A DNA stretch of 64,000 nt. Origin: an uncultured Aminicenantes bacterium (GTDB lineage: Bacteria > Acidobacteriota > Aminicenantia > UBA2199). Positions 28,004 to 38,670 of the stretch are shown piece by piece. The notes below the pieces were generated by a model. That model did not search any database. It worked only from the letters and a program-made list of their open reading frames with translations, and was not told where the DNA came from. The stretch's first letter is position 1; the number at the start of each line of letters is the position of its first letter. The stretch lies in NCBI GenBank assembly GCA_965195285.1, contig CBDAFS010000039.1:74882-138881 (forward strand), read 5' to 3'. The position numbers and the translations under genes are program-made.

Positions 28004-29713
28004 TTAAATTTTTGATGTTTCCCTTAAAACTTCATCAATAGAGGTTGCACCCGCTTTAATTTTAGTAATCCCACTCTCTCTCAAAGTCAACATCCCTTTT
28101 TCTTTGGCCTTCATTCTCAGCTCTGATGTGGATGCCCCGACCATTAACAATTCTTTGATTTCCTCATCAATTTCCATTACTTCATACAATCCCACTCTAC
28201 CTTTATAACCGGTATTATTGCATTTCTCACAACCACTGGGCTCAAAAATATCGACAGATTTTGCTTCTTCCGGGGAAAATCCGATATCAATAAGGGTTTG
28301 CGGTGGTACCTTCGCTTTCTTTTTGCATGAACCGCATATCCGTCTGACCAGGCGTTGAGCCACAATGAGACGCACTGAACTGGATACCAGAAAAGGCTCG
28401 ATTCCCATATTAATTAAACGGGCAATGGTTGATGGTGCATCATTGGTATGCAAGGTTGATAATACCAAATGGCCCGTCAGAGCAGCTTTGATGGCAATAT
28501 CAGCAGTCTCAAAATCCCTAATCTCTCCAACCAGAATGATATTCGGATCCTGTCGCATAAACGATCTCAAACAGGCCGGAAAGGTCAACCCTATCTGTTC
28601 TTTTATATTCACCTGATTGATGCCGAAGATATTGAATTCCACGGGATTTTCAGCAGTCAGAATATTGACTTCTTCATCATTCAGTTTGGATATTGCCGAA
28701 TAAAGAGTGTTGGTCTTACCGGAACCAGTGGGACCGGTAACCAGAATAATGCCCCAGGGTTCGTTGATGTTTCTTTCAAACTTTTGCAAAGATTGAGGCT
28801 CAAAACCAAGCTTGGTCATATCGAGCATCAAATTGTCTTTATCCAGAATTCGGACAACGATCTTTTCACCGTGAATGGTTGGTAAAGACGACACCCTCAT
28901 ATCCACCAGCTTGATTTTGTCATTGACTTCCATTTTGGTTTTGATTCTGCCATCCTGTGGCAGTCTTCTTTCGGCTATGTCAATTCCGGCAATCAATTTA
29001 ACCCGGGAAAGGATTTTATTCTTCAGATTCATGGGCGGGGTCATATATTCGTGCAAAACACCGTCAATTCTTAATCTAACCCTGAATACTTTTTCATATG
29101 GTTCGAAATGAATATCGGATGCTCCCTTGGAAATACCATCTTTAAAGGTCAGATTAACCAATTTAACAGCGGGTGCATTCTCATCCAGCTCTGCTTCTCC
29201 GAGTATATCTTCTTCTTCATCTTCTATCAATTCAATTGAGGAATCATCATCCAGTTCTATCTCCTCCAGAAATTTCTGGGCTTCGATTCCCGTGGAAGAA
29301 CCGTAATACTTGTCAATGGACCGAAGTATTGAACTTTCGGGAGCGATAACAGCCTGAATTCTTAAATTGGTGGTGAACCGAATTTCTTCCTGTACGAACA
29401 AATTGGACGGATCAGCCATGGCCAGGGTTAAAATGCTACCGATCCGGTGTACGGGAAGAACGATATGTTTTCGGGCAATCTCCGGCTTTATCAACTGGGT
29501 TATTCTTTCATCGATATCAAACTTGGAAATATTAATAGATGGATAACCAAATTGCTTACTGAGAACTTGGGAGATATCTTCCTCGGTAACATAACCCAGT
29601 CGAATCAGAATACTGCCCAGTTTACCCGGTTCTTTTTTCTGGACGTCAAGGGCATGTTGAAGATTTTCTTCGGTTATGCTTTCATCTTTTTTAAGCAACT
29701 CTCCAATCTTCAT
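28004..29713 (-). CDS. pilB: type IV pilus assembly ATPase
   Basis: N-terminal KIGELL, ASDIHFEP, RLPQDG, GPTGSGKT, RQDP, GEIRD, tetra-Cys zinc motif. Confidence 0.96.
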   Translation of the reverse strand: MKIGELLKKDESITEENLQHALDVQKKEPGKLGSILIRLGYVTEEDISQVLSKQFGYPSINISKFDIDERITQLIKPEIARKHIVLPVHRIGSILTLAMADPSNLFVQEEIRFTTNLRIQAVIAPESSILRSIDKYYGSSTGIEAQKFLEEIELDDDSSIELIEDEEEDILGEAELDENAPAVKLVNLTFKDGISKGASDIHFEPYEKVFRVRLRIDGVLHEYMTPPMNLKNKILSRVKLIAGIDIAERRLPQDGRIKTKMEVNDKIKLVDMRVSSLPTIHGEKIVVRILDKDNLMLDMTKLGFEPQSLQKFERNINEPWGIILVTGPTGSGKTNTLYSAISKLNDEEVNILTAENPVEFNIFGINQVNIKEQIGLTFPACLRSFMRQDPNIILVGEIRDFETADIAIKAALTGHLVLSTLHTNDAPSTIARLINMGIEPFLVSSSVRLIVAQRLVRRICGSCKKKAKVPPQTLIDIGFSPEEAKSVDIFEPSGCEKCNNTGYKGRVGLYEVMEIDEEIKELLMVGASTSELRMKAKEKGMLTLRESGITKIKAGATSIDEVLRETSKI

Positions 29714-29742
29714 TTCTTTCGTCTCAACCTTATAATATCATA

Positions 29743-29771
29743 ATCATATAAAAAATGACAAAATATGTCAA
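29743..29771 (-). promoter_or_regulatory. pilB operon promoter with overlapping TGACA-N5-TGTCA palindrome
   Basis: TTGACA-N17-TATGAT on the minus strand; palindrome at 29756-29770. Confidence 0.55.
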
Positions 29772-29803
29772 ATTGTCGGCTGTTTTATATTTCAAATGTT
29801 TCA

Positions 29804-30970
29804 TTAAAACATAAAAAAACCGGAAATCGCCATACTATTTATTGCCCCCCCGCTATCAATGCCAATTGCAAAATCAACCAGAATCTTACTCATATTGAAC
29901 CCGAAACCAACTCCATACAAACTGTTGGATTTGCTTCCTAAAAAATACTTCTCGGTTAAATCACTTAAAAATCCCGCTCTCAGCAGCAACTTGTTTTGAA
30001 AAAATCCCTTTTCAACACCGATAGATATCAATTGAACATCCTCCCCGTTATAGTAAAGATCGGTTTTATTGATGTCCATATCCAGATATATCCCCCATTG
30101 AACGGTGGGCCTGAAGGCAATACCGGCGATAATCCTTCTCTCCATAACAATATCTCTTTCTGTGGTTACCAAGGTGGGATTTCCAACATTTTTGGCAATA
30201 ATACCCAGTTTAAAATATTGCCCGATATCGGCTGTGAGTGAAATATCCATATTCAGTTTATAGAAAGTGTCTTCGGCATCATCCCAGGCATATTCCAGAT
30301 AATCCCGTATGGAAGAATCGGTATTAAATATGGGTTCAACAATGGAAGAACCAAATTCCGTAATTTTTCCATATAAATAATGCAGACTGATTCCAAAACT
30401 GACTCCGGTTGAAATATTCAACCCATATGATAATGAGAACTGGGTATAACTCAATCCAATAAGATTAAATTTCAAGCTGGCAATATCTTCATTGGTGACT
30501 TCTCCGACCTCTTTTTTAAATATAGTATTCTGGATTGGATTGATAATCGCGGTATTGACAAATGAAACCGAGAAACCATAATCTTTGGAAACCATGCCCG
30601 GAATACTGGCACGGAATCCATTGAATCCGTGCTTGGAGGTAAACAGATCATTAAGTCTCGAAAATAGAATTTCCTTATCACTCAAGCTCAATGAGTTGAA
30701 GTTGCTCAAATCAAATTCCAGGGCTTCATCCAGTTGATCCTTAAAATCCTTATAATCGGAGTAACTGTACTGAAACTGATATCCGCTTAATGAACTGGTG
30801 ATATAGGTCAATAATGCCGGATTAATAAAAATGGCATTGATATCATAGTTAAAGGCCATTGAGGAATATCCGAGAGATAAAGATCTCGCCCCGTAGAAAG
30901 TGGGAATATAAGCCAGGACAAGCGAATTTATTGATATGATGATGATAAATACACCAATGGCTCTTTTCAT
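29804..30970 (-). CDS. outer-membrane beta-barrel protein (TraF/PorV/FadL-like)
   Basis: Signal peptide, GARSLSLG...AIFINPALL motif, amphipathic strands, C-terminal Phe. Confidence 0.72.
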   Translation of the reverse strand: MKRAIGVFIIIISINSLVLAYIPTFYGARSLSLGYSSMAFNYDINAIFINPALLTYITSSLSGYQFQYSYSDYKDFKDQLDEALEFDLSNFNSLSLSDKEILFSRLNDLFTSKHGFNGFRASIPGMVSKDYGFSVSFVNTAIINPIQNTIFKKEVGEVTNEDIASLKFNLIGLSYTQFSLSYGLNISTGVSFGISLHYLYGKITEFGSSIVEPIFNTDSSIRDYLEYAWDDAEDTFYKLNMDISLTADIGQYFKLGIIAKNVGNPTLVTTERDIVMERRIIAGIAFRPTVQWGIYLDMDINKTDLYYNGEDVQLISIGVEKGFFQNKLLLRAGFLSDLTEKYFLGSKSNSLYGVGFGFNMSKILVDFAIGIDSGGAINSMAISGFFMF

Positions 30971-31031
30971 TTATATTTAATATACAATACAATGTTTGAT
31001 AATGTCAACAAAAGACTGATAGCTGTCCAAT

Positions 31032-31682
31032 TTACTGATCATGTCCTTTATTTCGAAAATGTTTCATGATAATCTCTTTGACTATTTCATGGGTGTTTTC
31101 ATTATCATAAAGTCTTTTCAACTGTGCTGTTTTCAAAATGGGAATCATATCCAGAATTAATTTTATCGGAGCCTCCTGGTCCCGTATGATCGCCTCGGAA
31201 ATGGCTGGCCTCTTGTACCAATCAGATAATTGCAGGGCTCGATAGAACTCTGATTTCTGAGTTTTCCTGTTTATAAATTTTAATATCAATTCCTCGGTGC
31301 ATTCCTGGTTTTTGAGAATGCCCTTCAGAATTCTGGAATCATTCTCTTCGATAAAATGATTCAAAACCTGAGTCGGTGCTATTTTCAAAATCGATATTTT
31401 TTCACCCAGTTCGAGTCGTTGGTAGCGGGTGAGAAATTCAGTCTCGGCCTTTTTCCGTATAAAAGGATTGGTCCTTCTGTTCTTGATCACTCGGATCATA
31501 TCCATGGTAAATAACTGGTGAATAATATTCAGAGCTATCTTTACCGGAAACTTGGGATGTTGGACCAAATGAAATCGAATACGGTAATTATTCGGTTGAT
31601 TATCAAATATATCGATTAAATCTTTTTCTTTTACACTGCCAAAACGGATTTGTCTGATAATCTCAATTTCGCTTTTTTTCAA
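31032..31682 (-). CDS. hypothetical alpha-helical repeat protein
   Basis: 216-aa ORF directly after the UbiA-family gene; recurring L..HP/NP-type helical-repeat segments. Confidence 0.6.
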   Translation of the reverse strand: MKKSEIEIIRQIRFGSVKEKDLIDIFDNQPNNYRIRFHLVQHPKFPVKIALNIIHQLFTMDMIRVIKNRRTNPFIRKKAETEFLTRYQRLELGEKISILKIAPTQVLNHFIEENDSRILKGILKNQECTEELILKFINRKTQKSEFYRALQLSDWYKRPAISEAIIRDQEAPIKLILDMIPILKTAQLKRLYDNENTHEIVKEIIMKHFRNKGHDQ

Positions 31683-31683
31683 T

Positions 31684-32568
31684 TTAATAAATTATAAGCA
31701 ATATAAAAACAATTACCCATAGAATGATATTCAGAGTAAATGGAAAATCCGAAAAAATGACCTCTTCGGGACTTTCTCCTTTTTCCTCGATGTATATTAA
31801 ATATAAATAGCGAAATATTCCGAAAACCACGAAGGGGATAGTGAAATATAAATTATCCGTATTGAACTTCATCTGGATACCCGGATTTAATACATACATA
31901 ATATATGAAATCAAGGTGGTGGCAGTGGTCAGAGAAATTAATTGATCCAGAAGAGAAATATTGTACAGTTTCAAGGTATAGCGGGTACTGATCTGGCCAT
32001 CAGGCGGAGCTAACCGGACCAATTCCTGACGCCTTTTAACCAGCCCGAGAAATGTTGAGAGTAAAAAGGTCATGATCAAAATCCATGGAGATAAGTTGAT
32101 TTGATCGATAACCCCCCCGATTAACACCCTTAGCACAAATCCGAAAGCAATAATCAACACATCAAGGATAACCACTTTTTTTAGATAAAAGGAGTAAAGA
32201 ATATTAATACTGATATAAATAAGTGAAATCAAGAAAAAATCAGTATTAAACTGATAGATTAGAAATAAATCCACCACCAGCAAAAACACAACTCCCAGCA
32301 AAGCGGTTTTCACTTTCAATTGTCCGGAAGCTATGGGTCTCAGTCGTTTTATTGGATGAAATCGATCATTATTTTTATCAATACAATCATTGATGATATA
32401 AACACATCCGGTAACAATTCCAAATAAAACAAAGGCAATTATTCCATTCTTTATATACCTCAGCTGAAGAAAATGGAGAGCAAATACCATGGGGGCAAAA
32501 ATAAACATATTTTTTACCCATTGCTGCTTGAATCTCAATGATTTGATAAACAATAAGATGATTCTCAT
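31684..32568 (-). CDS. UbiA family prenyltransferase (decaprenyl-phosphate phosphoribosyltransferase-like)
   Basis: QWVKN, YIINDCID...DRFHPIKRLRPIASG, KRRQE, GIFRY; multi-TM. Confidence 0.88.
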   Translation of the reverse strand: MRIILLFIKSLRFKQQWVKNMFIFAPMVFALHFLQLRYIKNGIIAFVLFGIVTGCVYIINDCIDKNNDRFHPIKRLRPIASGQLKVKTALLGVVFLLVVDLFLIYQFNTDFFLISLIYISINILYSFYLKKVVILDVLIIAFGFVLRVLIGGVIDQINLSPWILIMTFLLSTFLGLVKRRQELVRLAPPDGQISTRYTLKLYNISLLDQLISLTTATTLISYIMYVLNPGIQMKFNTDNLYFTIPFVVFGIFRYLYLIYIEEKGESPEEVIFSDFPFTLNIILWVIVFILLIIY

Positions 32569-32633
32569 TCTACATTATAATCATTTTACCTGTTTATTTA
32601 AAACCGACTGCTCAAATATTTGATTGTACATTT

Positions 32634-33650
32634 TCAGAATAATGAATTTTGCCCCCGGGATTTACCGGTTTTAAAGTGCTTCAGTGCTTTTTCTGTCGCC
32701 ACCCGACCCCTGGGCGTGATTTTTAAATAACCCTGCTGTACCAGAAAGGGTTCATAAACATCTTCCAGGGTTTCCTTTTCCTCCTGAATTGAGGTTGAGA
32801 GCGTTGACAATCCCACCGGCCCCCCGGAAAAATTCTCAATGATAGTCATCAAGATTTTTCGGTCAATTTCATCAAAACCATTTACATCAACTTCTAAGGC
32901 CTCAAATGAACTCAGTGTGATTTTCAGATCAATAAATCCCTCTCCTTTTACCTGGGCAAAATCCCTCACCCGCCTCAACAGCTTATTGGCAATCCGGGGA
33001 GTGCCTCTCGAGCGCCTGGCAATTTGATCTGCGGCTTCATTCGAAACATGAATATTTAAAATTTGAGAACTTCTCATCAAAACCCTGATTAATTCATCGG
33101 TGGAGTAGAAGTCGAGATGGATCAAAATACCAAAACGATCCCGAAACGGAGAAGAAAGGAGCCCGGTACGGGTGGTAGCACCGATCAGGGTAAAAGGATT
33201 CAAAGATATGGAAATATTCTTGGCCCCAATTCCTTCACCGATTATCACATCAACCTGAAAATCCTCCATTGCTTTATATAGAATCTCTTCCAATGATGTT
33301 TTTAGCCGGTGTATTTCATCAATAAACAACACATCATAGGTTTCCAGTTCGGTAAGTAAAGCCGTAATATCCCCCTTTTTCTCCAGCACAGGCCCTGCAG
33401 TCTGCTTGATTTGAACTCCCATCTCAGCAGCAATGATGTTGGCCAAAGTGGTTTTTCCCAATCCGGGAGGGCCATGAAATAGGACATGGTCCAAAGGTTC
33501 TTTTCGTTTAGTTGCCCCTTCTATATAGGTCTTCAGGTTTTCAATTTTTTTCTTCTGCCCGATAAATTCCTCGATATGAGTGGGTCTGAGTTTATTATCA
33601 AATTTGATATCCTCATTTTTTTTAGAAGGCAGAATATTGGATTCGGTCAT
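32634..33650 (-). CDS. ruvB: Holliday junction branch migration helicase
   Basis: LRP...FIGQ, GPPGLGKTTLA, FIDEIHRL, GATTR, RGTPRIAN, EPFL. Confidence 0.98.
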   Translation of the reverse strand: MTESNILPSKKNEDIKFDNKLRPTHIEEFIGQKKKIENLKTYIEGATKRKEPLDHVLFHGPPGLGKTTLANIIAAEMGVQIKQTAGPVLEKKGDITALLTELETYDVLFIDEIHRLKTSLEEILYKAMEDFQVDVIIGEGIGAKNISISLNPFTLIGATTRTGLLSSPFRDRFGILIHLDFYSTDELIRVLMRSSQILNIHVSNEAADQIARRSRGTPRIANKLLRRVRDFAQVKGEGFIDLKITLSSFEALEVDVNGFDEIDRKILMTIIENFSGGPVGLSTLSTSIQEEKETLEDVYEPFLVQQGYLKITPRGRVATEKALKHFKTGKSRGQNSLF

Positions 33651-34234
33651 TATTTACTGATTTTCTTTAACACTTTTTTAAATAAAATTTCAAATGAAGT
33701 TTCTTTCGAATTTTCCTTAATGATTGTATCAATATATCCGGAAATACTGCGGGAAGTAAACCCGAGGTTAACCAGCCCGGAAATCAGATCACCCTTCATT
33801 TTCAGTCTTGCATCATCCAATTCATCCTCATCATAATCGAGCTTACCGGTTAGCTCCAGTATAATCCGCTGAGCTGTTTTTTTACCGATACCGGGTATAG
33901 AAACCAGCTTGTTCAAGTCCCCCCGGTTGATTGCATCGGTGAGCTCGGTATTTGAAAAGGCGGAGATAAACGACAATCCGGTTTTCCCTCCCACTCCGGT
34001 GATGGATATTAATTTTTCAAAAAATTCTTTTTCTTTAATCGATAAAAACCCATAGAGGATGCTTTCCTCCTCTTTTTGCCGAAAAACAGTGTGGAGCAGA
34101 ACATTTTTCTCATTCTTTATTTGTGAATAACTGGAAACCGGATAGAAGATCCGGACGATAAACCCATTTCCGGTTTCAACATAAACCACTCCAGGTTGAA
34201 TTCTGAAAACCGTACCCTTTACCGCTGCAATCAT
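33650..34234 (-). CDS. ruvA: Holliday junction DNA-binding protein
   Basis: LYGF, ITGVGGK, IPGIGKKTAQRIILEL, LVNLGF. Confidence 0.95.
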   Translation of the reverse strand: MIAAVKGTVFRIQPGVVYVETGNGFIVRIFYPVSSYSQIKNEKNVLLHTVFRQKEEESILYGFLSIKEKEFFEKLISITGVGGKTGLSFISAFSNTELTDAINRGDLNKLVSIPGIGKKTAQRIILELTGKLDYDEDELDDARLKMKGDLISGLVNLGFTSRSISGYIDTIIKENSKETSFEILFKKVLKKISK

Positions 34235-34698
34235 CCTATCCTCAATAAATGGCAATAAGCTACTGCCAGCGCATCACTTTCATCGCTTTCCAATTCTTTA
34301 TTCCCAAACTGTAAAAGTATCTTCATGGCTTTGATCATCTGGGATTTCATGGCATTGCCACTTCCGGTCACAGCCATTTTAACCTGTCTGGGTGAATAAA
34401 AAGTCAAATTCAGATCTTTTTCAATCAGGAAACCCAGCGCCACCCCCCGGACTTGGGCCAACAGGTTCATTGAACTGACATTTTTGCCCAGATACCCTTC
34501 TTCGATTGCAGCGTCCTCTATATCAAAAGAAGCAAAAATTGCTTCCAGGCGATGCCAGAGTTGTTTCATCCTGTCATTAAAATGCTTACCGGTCATTTTA
34601 ATTTCTTCCGAATGAATATAATGAATCATCCGGTTTTTTCTCTGCAGAATACCAACTCCGAAACTGATTGAACCCGGATCAAACCCAACCACTACCAT
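34231..34698 (-). CDS. ruvC: crossover junction endodeoxyribonuclease
   Basis: GFDPG, AIEE, YSPRQVKMAVTGSGNAMKSQM, DESDALAVAYCH. Confidence 0.95.
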   Translation of the reverse strand: MVVVGFDPGSISFGVGILQRKNRMIHYIHSEEIKMTGKHFNDRMKQLWHRLEAIFASFDIEDAAIEEGYLGKNVSSMNLLAQVRGVALGFLIEKDLNLTFYSPRQVKMAVTGSGNAMKSQMIKAMKILLQFGNKELESDESDALAVAYCHLLRIG

Positions 34699-35450
34699 CA
34701 ACTATTCTGATAATTTTCAATATCTTCTTCGGTGATATCAAAATTGGCCCATACATTTTGGACATCGTCCAAATCTTCCAGTTTTTCAAACAATCGAAGC
34801 ATGCTTTCTGCCTGTTTGCCCTCCAATTTAACAACTGAAGATGGAATCATGGCTATTTCAGATGATTCGATATCTAAATTTCTATCTTTGATTGCTTTTA
34901 AAACCTGATCAAACTCCTCAACCGTAGTGATGACCTCATAGATTTCTCCTTCAATCTTTAAATCTTCGGCACCACTTTCCAGAACAATTTCCAACAATTC
35001 ATCTTCTTCGATTAAGCCCCTGTCAACAATAATAAGCCCCTTTCGGGCAAACATCCAGCCGACACAGCCGTTTTCACCCAGATTTCCGTTGTATTTACCG
35101 AAAACATACCTGACCTCTGCCACCGATCTGTTTTTATTATCGGTCAATACTTCAACCAGAATCGCCACACCTCCAGGACCATAGCCCTCATAAGTACTGG
35201 CTTCATAGGTAACTCCATCCAATTCACCGATTCCCCGCTGGATGGCTTTCTTGATGTTGTCACTGGGCATGTTCACCGATTTGGCTCCATCAATGGCATG
35301 TCGCAGTCGTGGATTGGCTTCAGGATCCCCGCCTCCCAGTCTGGCGGCAATGGTGATTTCTTTTATGTACCTTGTAAAAATCTTACCGCGTTTTGCATCA
35401 GTGGCTTCCTTTTTATGTTTTATGGAATGCCATTTTGAATGACCCGACAT
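34698..35450 (-). CDS. yebC: YebC/PmpR family protein
   Basis: [37 protein letters not shown]. Confidence 0.97.
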   Translation of the reverse strand: MSGHSKWHSIKHKKEATDAKRGKIFTRYIKEITIAARLGGGDPEANPRLRHAIDGAKSVNMPSDNIKKAIQRGIGELDGVTYEASTYEGYGPGGVAILVEVLTDNKNRSVAEVRYVFGKYNGNLGENGCVGWMFARKGLIIVDRGLIEEDELLEIVLESGAEDLKIEGEIYEVITTVEEFDQVLKAIKDRNLDIESSEIAMIPSSVVKLEGKQAESMLRLFEKLEDLDDVQNVWANFDITEEDIENYQNS

Positions 35451-35452
35451 GG

Positions 35453-36307
35453 TTAACTCCTTATTCTGAATTTCATTAATTCTCTGGCCAGATAGGTTTG
35501 TTTGAACCCCCCTCTGGCTTTTTTTAACATTTTTTTAAGTTTTTTATCTGAGTAATCTGGATGATAATGAAATAAATACAATTTTTCAACCTCGCAGGTC
35601 AACGCATTGCGAACCGCCATGGAGCAGGTACTGTGACCAAAACCGATTCTTGAATCGTTCCGGTTATGATAATGTGAATCAAAATACTGTGAATCATGGA
35701 TCAATATATGACTGCCTTTGATAAAATCAACCATTTCATCATTAAACCCGTCCGGAGATTCCACATCGGTTGCAAATACCATATGCCGGTCATCAACCGA
35801 TAATTTATATATCAACACCCCGGACAAGGGGTGGGAATCTTCCTTTTTACAGGAAACCGAAATATTCCCGTTAATGGCAATCGTTTTAACTTCAGTCAGG
35901 GGCAACTTGACGATGTTTATTTTGGCTTTGATGCCATGATCACTGATGGGTGAAATGGGATCATTGAATAAAGAATAAATAAAATCCTCAACCGATATAT
36001 TCTGATAATCCGGGCAAAAAATGTTAATCTGGAAATCCGGATCGAATATGGGCTTAAAAAACGGAAGCCCCTGGATATGATCCAGATGAAGATGGGTCAG
36101 GAATATATCAATCTTCTTTCTCTCTATTTCATTCTTCTCAATTTCTTTACCAATATTGATAATTCCGGTGCCTGCATCAAAAATCAACCTCAAATTTTCC
36201 CCGGAAATGAGTATTGATGAGGTATTCCCACCATAGAGGGCCACTTTTGGGCTGGAAACCGGAAAACTGCCCCTAACCCCGTAAAATTGAATAAATACAT
36301 CCTGCAT
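35453..36307 (-). CDS. MBL-fold metallo-hydrolase
   Basis: [33 protein letters not shown]. Confidence 0.9.
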   Translation of the reverse strand: MQDVFIQFYGVRGSFPVSSPKVALYGGNTSSILISGENLRLIFDAGTGIINIGKEIEKNEIERKKIDIFLTHLHLDHIQGLPFFKPIFDPDFQINIFCPDYQNISVEDFIYSLFNDPISPISDHGIKAKINIVKLPLTEVKTIAINGNISVSCKKEDSHPLSGVLIYKLSVDDRHMVFATDVESPDGFNDEMVDFIKGSHILIHDSQYFDSHYHNRNDSRIGFGHSTCSMAVRNALTCEVEKLYLFHYHPDYSDKKLKKMLKKARGGFKQTYLARELMKFRIRS

Positions 36308-37581
36308 TATAAAAGATTCTCTAATAATTTATAAACACAAAATTCCCCGCACATGGAACAGGCTTCGGTGTTGGAACTGCGATTTTCTCTAATGTGGCGA
36401 AACTTCTCGGGATCAAGACAGAACGCTTCCTGTTTTTTCCAATCCAATTCCTTTCTGGCCTGAGCCATTCCCTCATCCCGTTTCAATACATTGGGAACGC
36501 CTTTGGCAATATCTGCCACATGGGCAGCAATTTTTGAAGCCATTATCCCGTTTTTCACATCTTCATTATCGGGTAATCCCAGGTGTTCACTTGGAGTAAC
36601 ATAACAGAGGTAATCCGCTCCGGCTGCACCGGCAATGGATCCCCCAATGGCTGAGGTGATGTGATCATATCCCGGTGCGATATCGGTAACGATAGGCCCT
36701 AAAACATAAAACGGAGCCTCCAGACAGATTGTTTTCTGCAGCTTGACATTCATTTCAATTTGATCAATGGGGAGATGTCCCGGGCCTTCAACCATCACCT
36801 GAACACCGGCTTCCCGCGATTGTTTCACCAGCTCCCCCAGGGTCAGCAACTCTTCCATCTGCCCCCAGTCAGAACCATCTGCCAGTGATCCGGGTCTTAA
36901 TCCATCCCCCAACGACAACGTAACTTCATATTTCTTGCATATTTCAAGTATTTGATCAAAATGAGAGTAAAACGGATTTTCCAGGTTATTATGGAGCATC
37001 CAACCGGTCAGCAGCGACCCTCCCCGGGAAACGATTCCTGCTTTTCTCTGTTGCCTTTTGACTTTTTCCACAGCCCTGCGGGTCAGACCCGCATGAATGG
37101 TCATGAAATCAACTCCATCCTCGGCCTGGGTAATGATGTATTCAACCATTTTTTCAAAAGTCAGGTCAACAAATATTTTTCCTTTTTTGACACTATCAAC
37201 ACAAATTTCATAAATGGGAACATTTCCAAAAGGCAGGGTAGCCCGATTCAGTAGAGTCCGTCGAATTCTCCCGATCTCTCCACCTGTGCTCAAATCCATG
37301 ACCGTATCGGCATGATACCGGATGACCATTTCCATTTTTTTCAATTCATCTTCGATCTGTTCAAAGTCTCCGGATGTTCCGATATTGGCATTGATCTTGG
37401 TTTTTAATTGTTTTCCGATTCCAATTGGAATTAAATTTTTATGATTAATATTGGCAGGAATTACCACTTGTCCCCGGGCAATCAGTTCTCTTAAATCTTC
37501 CTCAGAAATTGATTCTTTCCGGGCAACCTGTTTCATTTCCGGGGTGATGAATCCCCTTTTTGCACTTTCCAGTTGTGTCAT
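36307..37581 (-). CDS. thiC: phosphomethylpyrimidine synthase (ThiC family, short type)
   Basis: KINANIG, MDLSTGG, GIVSRGGS, SLGDGLRPG, EGPGH, PGYDH, CSMCGEFC. Confidence 0.92.
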   Translation of the reverse strand: MTQLESAKRGFITPEMKQVARKESISEEDLRELIARGQVVIPANINHKNLIPIGIGKQLKTKINANIGTSGDFEQIEDELKKMEMVIRYHADTVMDLSTGGEIGRIRRTLLNRATLPFGNVPIYEICVDSVKKGKIFVDLTFEKMVEYIITQAEDGVDFMTIHAGLTRRAVEKVKRQQRKAGIVSRGGSLLTGWMLHNNLENPFYSHFDQILEICKKYEVTLSLGDGLRPGSLADGSDWGQMEELLTLGELVKQSREAGVQVMVEGPGHLPIDQIEMNVKLQKTICLEAPFYVLGPIVTDIAPGYDHITSAIGGSIAGAAGADYLCYVTPSEHLGLPDNEDVKNGIMASKIAAHVADIAKGVPNVLKRDEGMAQARKELDWKKQEAFCLDPEKFRHIRENRSSNTEACSMCGEFCVYKLLENLL

Positions 37582-37709
37582 CTTTGTATCTCCTGGAACT
37601 TATATTATCTCATTTTTTCTATTAAATCAAGTGTAAAATCTGGATGCCTTTCAAGTAAAAAACATCAATCAGCCAAAACCTTCTTCATCCGTTTTGGATC
37701 TATCGAGTA

Positions 37710-37738
37710 TTGACAAATATCGGAAAACGCCTTATCAT
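37710..37738 (+). promoter_or_regulatory. putative sigma70 promoter
   Basis: TTGACA-N17-TATCAT upstream of the DnaJ-like gene. Confidence 0.6.
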
Positions 37739-37762
37739 TTATCATAATCAAAAGGAAATAAA

Positions 37763-38665
37763 ATGGCTGCTGATTATTATAAAGTATTAGGTGTCAGTCG
37801 GAAAACATCCCAAGAGGAAATCAAGAAAGCCTATCGAAAACTGGCCATGAAATACCATCCGGATAAAAATAAAGATAACAAAGAAGCCGAAGAAAAATTC
37901 AAGGAAATCAGTGAAGCCTATGCCGTTCTGAGTAACGATGAAAAAAGGAAACAGTATGACCGGATTGGTGCCGAGGGATTTTCGCGCCGTTATTCCCAGG
38001 AGGATATTTTCCGTGGTTCTGATATTGGCAGTATATTCCAGGAATTTGGTTTTGGAGACCGTTTTAGTGGCAATGACCTCTTCTCTAATCTGTTTGGAGG
38101 AGGACGACAATCAAGAGGCCAACAATTCAACTTCAATTCTCGCTCCCCCCAGCATGCTGAAGCGGAACTCCTGGTAAACCTTGAAGATATTGTAAAGGGA
38201 TCCACCAAGCGGGTATCCTTCAAAACCACTGAAGGTCTTGAACACCTGAATATAAAAATTCCGAAGGGAATCGAAGCCGGAAAAAAATTGCGCCTGAAGG
38301 GAAAAGGTCCTCTGGACCCTGTCAGCGGACAGCGGGGGGACCTCTTTTGTAAAATAATGATCGAACCCCATCCCCGGTTTCACAGAAAGGGCAATGATTT
38401 GGTTCATGAAGTAGAAGTGAATATCAGTACCCTGGTTTTAGGAGGAAAAGTACAAGTTACCACCCTCGAAGGGAAGACCATCGAATTGAAAATCCCTCCC
38501 TACACCCGGGACAATGCCTGTTTGCGAATCAAAGGCAAGGGAATCCCAGCCTCCGGAAATAAAACGGGTGGACATTTATTAGTCAGGCTTCATCCCAAAA
38601 TCCCGACTCAATTAAGTCCTGAACAGAAAAAACTGTTTGAAAAACTCTCCGAACAGGGCTTGTAG
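37763..38665 (+). CDS. class B J-domain chaperone (CbpA-like, no zinc finger)
   Basis: [11 protein letters not shown] motif, G/F-rich linker, DnaJ C-terminal domain. Confidence 0.92.
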   Translation: MAADYYKVLGVSRKTSQEEIKKAYRKLAMKYHPDKNKDNKEAEEKFKEISEAYAVLSNDEKRKQYDRIGAEGFSRRYSQEDIFRGSDIGSIFQEFGFGDRFSGNDLFSNLFGGGRQSRGQQFNFNSRSPQHAEAELLVNLEDIVKGSTKRVSFKTTEGLEHLNIKIPKGIEAGKKLRLKGKGPLDPVSGQRGDLFCKIMIEPHPRFHRKGNDLVHEVEVNISTLVLGGKVQVTTLEGKTIELKIPPYTRDNACLRIKGKGIPASGNKTGGHLLVRLHPKIPTQLSPEQKKLFEKLSEQGL

Positions 38666-38670
38666 ATTCG

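Noticed and set aside
29804-30970. Conjugative element suggested by a TraF-like barrel
   Set aside because: No relaxase, VirB4 or coupling protein; flanked by housekeeping genes
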